Assembly (NCBI GenBank): GCA_051656485.1
Contig: JBOGBZ010000042.1
Coordinates: forward strand, 12,568 to 76,567
Reading direction: 5' to 3'
Length of the DNA stretch: 64,000 bases
Source: Cellulosilyticaceae bacterium
GTDB lineage: Bacteria > Bacillota > Clostridia > Lachnospirales > Cellulosilyticaceae
Part shown: piece after piece, positions 59,101-64,000 of the stretch
Position numbering within the stretch: the first letter of the stretch is position 1
Layout of the letters: the number at the start of each line of letters is the position of its first letter
Notes under the pieces: generated by a model
Databases searched by the model: none
Seen by the model: only the letters and a program-made list of their open reading frames with translations
What the model was told of the DNA's origin: nothing
Made by a program: the position numbers and the translations under genes

Positions 59101-60321
59101 GCTTCCCAAGATATTTTTGTAAGTGATGCTTCTCTAGTCGTAGACTGCTTACTTTCTACCTATGAGGCTACAATCGGTGAAAGTATTACCTATACACTTA
59201 CCCTTACCAATACGGGTACTGTTGCTTTATGTGAGATTCTCATTCAAGACCTCCTTAGTCCTGAACTCAAATTTGTACCTCATTCTGTCATCATAGGCCA
59301 AACGAAGGACAAAGAAGCATCTCTTATTTCCGGTATTACTCTCAAAAATTTAGAGGTTAATACGTCTCTTATCCTTTCTTTTGAGGTAGTTGTCATTGCA
59401 AAAGTTAGTAAAGAGATTGATTGTAGTTTATCTATTCACTATACCTATGGTGGCCTTCATCATACACCTCTAAAAACAAATCATCTGAAGACCTCTATGC
59501 AACTCCTTCAATTACATCATGTAGGCATTGAAATCAGTGGTAGCATCTCTCAAGACATAGCTTTTTTGAATGATTGTATTGACTATGCTCTAGAAATTCA
59601 TAATACAGGCGATACCCCTGTCTTTAACATTAGCCTTACAAACGATACGCCTTCTTACGATCTTCTAGATAGTAGCTTTAAGTTAAATAATCATTCAATC
59701 CACACTGTGGATTTGAAAAAGGGTATTAACTTAGGTTCTTTAGAGTCTGGCAAAAGTCATCATATACAATACACCGAAAAGATTTCCCATCAGTACTATC
59801 CTTTAGATACGTTGACTCATACCTTCTGTGCCAATTATTCCTATAGTACCTGTGACAACAGGGTCAAATATGGTACATCAGATGTTTTCACTTTGTCCAT
59901 TCCTTTAGCCTTATGTAATTTCAAATGCTTTGAAGTGGAAGGGTATTTTGAACTGCCTGATATGAAGCCCGATTTCTCAACACTCCATTCCCTATCTGGC
60001 ACCATTCATATACTCAAGCACTCTATTATTCAAAATCCTGTTGCTACCTCTTCAGAGGGTTTGCACCTGACCTCTCAGTCTCTTATTGTTCACGGTATCC
60101 TAGAACTTACTACCGAGTATGTATCTGACGAGTCGAATCACACCATCTATTCTAGTCAGCACTCTACTTTATTTAGCACTTATATTGTGCTTCCCGAGCA
60201 TTTCCCAAGTCCTTGCAACATTCGTATTCACCCTACTTTGCAAGTTGCAGCATTCCGACTTGTTAATAATCGCTCATTCTTTGCAAGTACATCTATACTT
60301 GCGATTGTTTATATTAAATAA
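56104..60321 (+). CDS. Cassette 5, protein C (expanded): mosaic 1405-aa protein with SdrD-B/Cna-B-like, GEVED-like and cadherin/VCBS-like modules, 5x DUF11 and a C-terminal SPOCS-like domain
   Basis: AAGGAGG RBS. ITGIVFDD..G..NV.V N-terminus, GWIDFNQNGVFEPTE, HGLLELDTHSGKWRYTPKADFVGDDTF, five DUF11 cores. C-terminus LPDMKPDFSTL..SLIVHGILELTTEYVS. No signal peptide. Confidence 0.75.
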   Translation: MSAVITGIVFDDTSHSGIYTKENAGIANVCMVLQTPTHTLITTLTNHEGHFTFDVKIPGKYVLYELGNATKDLATLPSTCPLLFGYTGVTTPRAAVFSVSLHQIHSHITLDAFYFGYDYSEAFSPTADAYYIYPKDTTLYTLNLITGISSPYAKLSQSGHYSCVAYDATSHYLYGYEPLRHQIFRITKEGFVTFYTIPSLPQKKYTACAIDAKGLLYLYLPNDMDIYIIQLDVHSPNFMQLVLPTRLTPLVEDAPSIVTHPLNLKAWAFHPHTLYLYGITEMGTVLRIDAKNGSSEDLITTGTPLSSCTSLFFDYAGVMYCLYENANTLYRISTTAKEAIAEVFCSLKRPFLGCCTRSSDMPLLIHLGTAPDLSSTNAKGNYSTTLANNGPRHPSTHTLRFASDASAPHSLPSLQMSEQDYTIELPVVNRTGKNAFLYGWIDFNQNGVFEPTEACEVLSIPSHPSDIQTAKLAFALSNKLTLSVGETYCRFRLTTDTLSPPTSTDIDMRSLGVVSDGQVLDCPLSITGLPPSGITAIYEVCFMNEHLAGSCTLTDPCHGTLVYTLSKRPSHGLLELDTHSGKWRYTPKADFVGDDTFNLQATSSTSGLFETIHVVVHTLLVSLAFELASPMKEMLTTDVLSYTLRLKNKGTIPLTQLMLQNLIPFGCVFVPHSATVNGLHTSTIDLEKNFTLEELLPSDTYTLTYQCELAAELDHIATTCTCQYTYKAHPDATSTTRTTTSSAPNINVFSPHLVVDMVSDTSNALVQDTIYLTLKLSNVGTIPLTDIRIYPRLDESLTYQNDLALDGELGYTSFLRGYTIPHLAPDTTLVFTFSATIKPLAHTKTLSSFFKTEFAYTVNHQTYSSTQHSDKHLLKVHVPPFTLTKTPSKIDVSIGEVFTYTYTLKNESDLPLMHVVIQDVLPAFLEVMEVASNDGLLPHTLSTGIPLPKVGAHHTESLVVHLKVLGRPDSLMVPSMCEATFNIQLPDTDMPRTQTLSSAASQDIFVSDASLVVDCLLSTYEATIGESITYTLTLTNTGTVALCEILIQDLLSPELKFVPHSVIIGQTKDKEASLISGITLKNLEVNTSLILSFEVVVIAKVSKEIDCSLSIHYTYGGLHHTPLKTNHLKTSMQLLQLHHVGIEISGSISQDIAFLNDCIDYALEIHNTGDTPVFNISLTNDTPSYDLLDSSFKLNNHSIHTVDLKKGINLGSLESGKSHHIQYTEKISHQYYPLDTLTHTFCANYSYSTCDNRVKYGTSDVFTLSIPLALCNFKCFEVEGYFELPDMKPDFSTLHSLSGTIHILKHSIIQNPVATSSEGLHLTSQSLIVHGILELTTEYVSDESNHTIYSSQHSTLFSTYIVLPEHFPSPCNIRIHPTLQVAAFRLVNNRSFFASTSILAIVYIK

Positions 60322-60338
60322 TAAGGAGGATTCACCAT

Positions 60339-60836
60339 ATGTCTTACAATAAACCACCCGTACAGCGCCCACCTTCTAAGCCTCACCCAAAACCACCACA
60401 GCTAGTTACCATTGGTAATAGTATCGAAATTAATATTGACCCTTTTTCTTGTCCTGCTGAGATACGTGCCGATGTGACTGTAGCACAATTTGCTGCAGTA
60501 CGCCTCTGGGGGCAAGTGGTCAATTGCAATAATGAGCCTGTAGCCAATGCACTTGTTAAGCTTGTTCGTCTTCTAGGCACTGGCGAATGTGAAGATTATG
60601 CCAGTATCGCCCATACCACTAGCAACTGCCAAGGATTTTATCAATTTGATATTTGTTCTGATGAAGCTGCATGGTACAAAGTACTTGTTGGTAAATCCAC
60701 TACTGGCAAAGAAATTATAGTTTCTTCTCATACAGCACATCATCATCCAATGCCCGATCCCCCCCCCTATCCCATGCCTCCTCACTATTCTCCTGGCTAT
60801 GAGATGGATTGTGATAACCCCTGCCCCAATTGCTAG
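60339..60836 (+). CDS. Ig-like (carboxypeptidase-regulatory-like) domain protein with Pro-rich N- and C-termini
   Basis: 165 aa, AAGGAGG RBS. VRLWGQVVNCNNEPVANALVKLVRLL..SNCQGFYQFDI. Tail HHHPMPDPPPYPMPPHY..CDNPCPNC. Confidence 0.7.
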   Translation: MSYNKPPVQRPPSKPHPKPPQLVTIGNSIEINIDPFSCPAEIRADVTVAQFAAVRLWGQVVNCNNEPVANALVKLVRLLGTGECEDYASIAHTTSNCQGFYQFDICSDEAAWYKVLVGKSTTGKEIIVSSHTAHHHPMPDPPPYPMPPHYSPGYEMDCDNPCPNC

Positions 60837-60843
60837 CATAAAG

Positions 60844-60877
60844 AATCCCCCCTTTTCCCTAAGGATCTGGGGGGATT
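60844..60877. terminator. Bidirectional terminator
   Basis: AATCCCCCC, 16-nt loop, GGGGGGATT, between convergent genes; overlaps the stop of the minus-strand gene. Confidence 0.6.
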
Positions 60878-61454
60878 AACGTTTATAAGGATAGATAGTA
60901 CTTCTATGAAAAACAGAGGCCTCGTGGGTTACTATGACACCACAGTTTTTCACTTCTTGAATACCACTTCCTGTATACACTTTATAGGCTTCATTTCTAT
61001 GGCTTACTTGCAATAGACTTGGTTCTTCTATTTGTATTGGTTCTTCTATTTGTATTGGTTCTTCTATTTGTATTGGTTCTTCTATTTGTATTGGTTCTTC
61101 TATTTCTTGTTGGCAACAAGCTTCTACTAATATCTGATAAGCTTCTGTTCCTCTATTGTATGTTTCTAAGGCATAATAACCTTGCTCATCTGTTGTCGTT
61201 GATTCTATAACCTTGAAGTATTCCCCTTCTGCTCCTATACAGGGCATCAACAGCTTGACTACTTGCTTTTGTACAGGCATATCATCTCTATCTTTGATGA
61301 CTCCCCATATATGTTGCCCTTTCGCCCGTTCGACTTGCATATCTAAGTGTATTTCACTTGTTCCTTCTGTTGTTTCTATGTCACAAGTTTTTCCTACAAG
61401 AGATTCATATTGTGTTGATTGATTCATATGTTGAAAAAAGCTGTTATATGCCAT
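60876..61454 (-). CDS. Ig-like (carboxypeptidase-regulatory-like) domain protein with acidic EEPIQI repeat stalk
   Basis: 192 aa from the ATG behind GGAGG. HIWGVIKDRDDMPVQKQVVKLL..TDEQGYYALE, then (EEPIQI)x4. Confidence 0.65.
   Translation of the reverse strand: MAYNSFFQHMNQSTQYESLVGKTCDIETTEGTSEIHLDMQVERAKGQHIWGVIKDRDDMPVQKQVVKLLMPCIGAEGEYFKVIESTTTDEQGYYALETYNRGTEAYQILVEACCQQEIEEPIQIEEPIQIEEPIQIEEPIQIEEPSLLQVSHRNEAYKVYTGSGIQEVKNCGVIVTHEASVFHRSTIYPYKR
61019..61105. repeat. In-frame 18-bp perfect tandem repeat (4 copies + partial)
   Basis: TTGGTTCTTCTATTTGTA x4. Encodes EEPIQI on the minus strand. Confidence 0.9.
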
Positions 61455-61618
61455 TGCATACCTCCACAATGCTCTACTACTCTTTTAAAAGTATATGCAC
61501 TGTACGCTTATCCTTAACCCTCCTTTTGTTCTAACAAAACCTTTTTATCATATTTTTAGATACCTAACTTAAAAATCATTACTTGATTTAACGCAATGCT
61601 TTTTAGTTAGGCGCTATC

Positions 61619-61957
61619 TTATTTTTTGGGTGTATAGGGCTTACTATATGCATGATTGCCATAGCATGGATAGCCTGTATAATAAGGATGATGCCAATAC
61701 GTTCTACCTGTTAGTGGGTCTGTCATATAGGATCCATCATACTGACTTCTCTCATAGACCAGCTCTTCAGTCTTTCCTGTACATTTACTTTTTCTTAGAT
61801 GATTTTCCTCATCATAGTACTCCGTAATATAATAATGATTGTACTTTTTGTAATAGTGACTATAGTAATGTCTATTGGTAATGTATTCTTTTTTACCTTC
61901 TATATCGTGTGTTTCAGTGATACATTCTCCTGATACAATTTCTGTTCCATCTTTCAT
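61619..61957 (-). CDS. Tyr/His-rich small protein (spore-coat-like composition), shares motif with 23253..23762
   Basis: 112 aa, GAAGGAGGAAG RBS. RHYYSHYYKKYNHYYITEYY core. Confidence 0.55.
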   Translation of the reverse strand: MKDGTEIVSGECITETHDIEGKKEYITNRHYYSHYYKKYNHYYITEYYDEENHLRKSKCTGKTEELVYERSQYDGSYMTDPLTGRTYWHHPYYTGYPCYGNHAYSKPYTPKK

Positions 61958-61996
61958 CCTACTTCCTCCTTCCCCACTATTTTATCTCTCTCTTTC

Positions 61997-62023
61997 TAGT
62001 GTATGAAATTTTTCACTTTAAGT
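61997..62023 (-). promoter_or_regulatory. sigmaK-type promoter-like motif for 61619..61957
   Basis: Minus strand reads AC-N16-CATACACTA, 40 nt upstream of the ATG. Confidence 0.4.
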
Positions 62024-62107
62024 GACACTTCTACCCTACTTTTACTTGTATAAAAAGCATAGTCCGCTCATCTAACATTCTTGAACACAATCCATCTATA
62101 TAGCGTA

Positions 62108-62830
62108 CTACTCCTTCTTATCTTCTAAGCAAAATACTTGAAGCACTTGACTTTTTTCTAGATTATCCGCAATCACTCGCGTACAGTATTTGTCTCCAAA
62201 TCGATTTAAGATATTTTGTTTGTGTACTAATACCATAAACATATGGCCTTGTAAAATATGATGTCTAAGCTTCACAATATCCATATGCCCACCTATTTTG
62301 GCACTAAACTGCTTCCCCTTTCTATACTCTTCTGGGGTATAGATAAGTGTATAAAAGGGTGGTGACTCCTGAATAAACTCACCTAATCGCCTCCCTAAAC
62401 TATCCCATATATAGCCTTTTTGTGGCAATATAGCTTCTGTGTCTTCCTCTATTTGTGCTGTGTGGAGTTGCTGCACAAAGTCTGGATGAATCATATTGTC
62501 TGAATCTACGCGCATATAGTATAGCTTATCATATCCCACACAAGCCTTTGATATCTCTGCATACATATTTGTAACAAATCGGATATTTTCTGGTAATGTA
62601 GCGTATTGCTTTAGTGTATTTCTTATCAGGTCTTCTGTTTGGCCATCATAGGCTATAAGCGCTAAAAATTCCTGATTGGTCTGAGCTCTCAACGACTTAC
62701 ATGTATAGTCCATAAAAAGGCTCATGCGATAGTCGATCCATTCTTTTGTTAATCTAGCTTCTTTATAGGGATTGTTAGCCCACTTTGGATCGATATTAAA
62801 CAAAGTCCATATGACAATCTTTTTAGTCAT
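62108..62830 (-). CDS. Putative rhamnosyltransferase-like (PF11316-like) glycosyltransferase, tandem paralog 3
   Basis: 240 aa from ATG 62830. IVIWTLFNI..RLTKEWIDYRMSLFMDYTCKSLRAQTNQEF..YMRVDSDNMIHPDFV. Family call tentative. Confidence 0.55.
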   Translation of the reverse strand: MTKKIVIWTLFNIDPKWANNPYKEARLTKEWIDYRMSLFMDYTCKSLRAQTNQEFLALIAYDGQTEDLIRNTLKQYATLPENIRFVTNMYAEISKACVGYDKLYYMRVDSDNMIHPDFVQQLHTAQIEEDTEAILPQKGYIWDSLGRRLGEFIQESPPFYTLIYTPEEYRKGKQFSAKIGGHMDIVKLRHHILQGHMFMVLVHKQNILNRFGDKYCTRVIADNLEKSQVLQVFCLEDKKE

Positions 62831-62844
62831 GCGTTCCCTCTCCC

Positions 62845-63570
62845 TCACATTTCTACTCCAAATTGATTCAAAATCTGTTTTTTTTCATTCTTGTCAGTTA
62901 ATCGTTTTGTCATGACGCTTCCAAATGACTCAAACTTATTGGCTACATTTTGCCCATGTACAATAATTAAAAAAGTATCTCCTGAGGAAAACTTATGGTT
63001 CAACTCCAGATACAAATCCCAATTATTTTTTACAAAGCGATATCTCTTCCCTGCCAAATAATCTTCTACTTGATAGACAAGTACTGAAAAAGGGGATGTA
63101 TCGTATTGATACGTTCCAACCTTCCCTGTAAGAGGTTCATAAATATACCCCTGTGGATTTACGATGGCTTGTAATGTACCATCATTCGCTATACGATGGA
63201 GCTCCTCTATATAATCGAGCCTTAGCATATTATCCGAATCAAAACTTAATATATAAAGCTCATCATACCCTTGAATTTGATACAAAATTTCTTGTTGTGG
63301 GTTAGTAGTAAAAATGATATTCTCATTAAGCTTTTCATAGCGTCCTAAAGATGTATCTAGCAGTGGCTTTGTAACTGGATCATAGTGTAGTAAAACAACA
63401 AAATCTTGATTGGTTTGTTTTCTAAAACTCTTATAAGTGTAGTTCATAAACAAATCTATTCGATAGTCGGTCCATTCCTTAGTTAAACGTTCTTCATTTA
63501 CCTTTAGATTTGTCCATCTCGCGATATTAAACAAAGTATAAATGATGATTTTTTTTCTTTTTGGTTTCAT
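62845..63570 (-). CDS. Putative rhamnosyltransferase-like glycosyltransferase, tandem paralog 2
   Basis: 241 aa from ATG 63570. IIIYTLFNI..RLTKEWTDYRIDLFMNYTYKSFRKQTNQDF..SFDSDNMLRLDYI. Collinear with 62108..62830. Confidence 0.55.
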   Translation of the reverse strand: MKPKRKKIIIYTLFNIARWTNLKVNEERLTKEWTDYRIDLFMNYTYKSFRKQTNQDFVVLLHYDPVTKPLLDTSLGRYEKLNENIIFTTNPQQEILYQIQGYDELYILSFDSDNMLRLDYIEELHRIANDGTLQAIVNPQGYIYEPLTGKVGTYQYDTSPFSVLVYQVEDYLAGKRYRFVKNNWDLYLELNHKFSSGDTFLIIVHGQNVANKFESFGSVMTKRLTDKNEKKQILNQFGVEM

Positions 63571-63598
63571 CTCTATCTTCCTCATCTTGAAAGCGCTT

Positions 63599-64000
63599 TT
63601 AGTGATATCTTGGAGAAATACCAAATTGCTTTAAGCATTCTATTTTTGATTGACCTTCTAGATTCGCACCAATATACGCCTGTACTCTCCCCCATGGTGT
63701 TGTTTTTTCTTTTTCATAGGAAAATGCTACATTTAAATGATGGCTATGATTGATATAAGCTCGCCATTTAATCTTCTCATGTTGCAATCTAATTGCACCT
63801 ACAAATCCTTCATAAGTTCTTCTGAAACCATTTAAATACTCCGTTGTATTATAAATCCAGCAGTTAAAGAAACTTGAGTAATTGAAGTACTCTGCCAGCT
63901 CACCTGTCAAAGATGAGTAGATATAGCCATCTTGGCAAATGAGAATAACCGTTTTATAGTCTGGAATATAATCATACATTTTTTGTACAAATTCTCGGTG
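63599..64000 (-). CDS. Putative rhamnosyltransferase-like glycosyltransferase, tandem paralog 1 (5' end outside window)
   Basis: The frame stays open to the window edge (HREFVQKMYDYIP..). It aligns with the C-terminal halves of the two downstream paralogs (QDGYIYSSLTGE.. vs PQGYIYEPLTGK..). Confidence 0.55.
   Translation of the reverse strand, partial: HREFVQKMYDYIPDYKTVILICQDGYIYSSLTGELAEYFNYSSFFNCWIYNTTEYLNGFRRTYEGFVGAIRLQHEKIKWRAYINHSHHLNVAFSYEKEKTTPWGRVQAYIGANLEGQSKIECLKQFGISPRYH

Overview
Chromosomal segment from a low-GC, spore-forming Firmicutes (Clostridia-like) genome. All family assignments are motif recognition by eye; no database search or computation was possible. Bases 1-14.7 kb carry ordinary housekeeping genes: H2O-forming NADH oxidase, hpt, two flavoproteins, a SpoVB/MurJ-type flippase, a DtxR-type repressor, DegV, a TrxB-like reductase, L-serine dehydratase sdaAB/sdaAA, a LUD protein and a 2-hydroxyacid dehydrogenase. 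This block ends at a tRNA-Thr(GGU). From 14.7 kb to the window end (~49 kb) lies a dense accessory island that reads like a spore-surface (coat/exosporium/appendage) construction kit. It holds three tandem BclA-like collagen genes, two BclA-CTD/C1q-like heads on Pro/Cys stalks, six Ig-like (carboxypeptidase-regulatory-like) proteins with variable repeat stalks, about ten glycosyltransferases and an FkbM methyltransferase. The most unusual part is five paralogous copies of an ordered three-gene cassette: small SPOCS/DUF3794-like protein A, small SPOCS-like protein B, and a DUF11-repeat protein C ending in a SPOCS-like domain. A stand-alone ~1772-aa protein carries 13 DUF11 repeats. None of these structural proteins has a signal peptide or wall-sorting motif. 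Several genes are preceded by AC-N16/17-CATANNNTA (sigmaK-type, mother-cell) promoter-like motifs.
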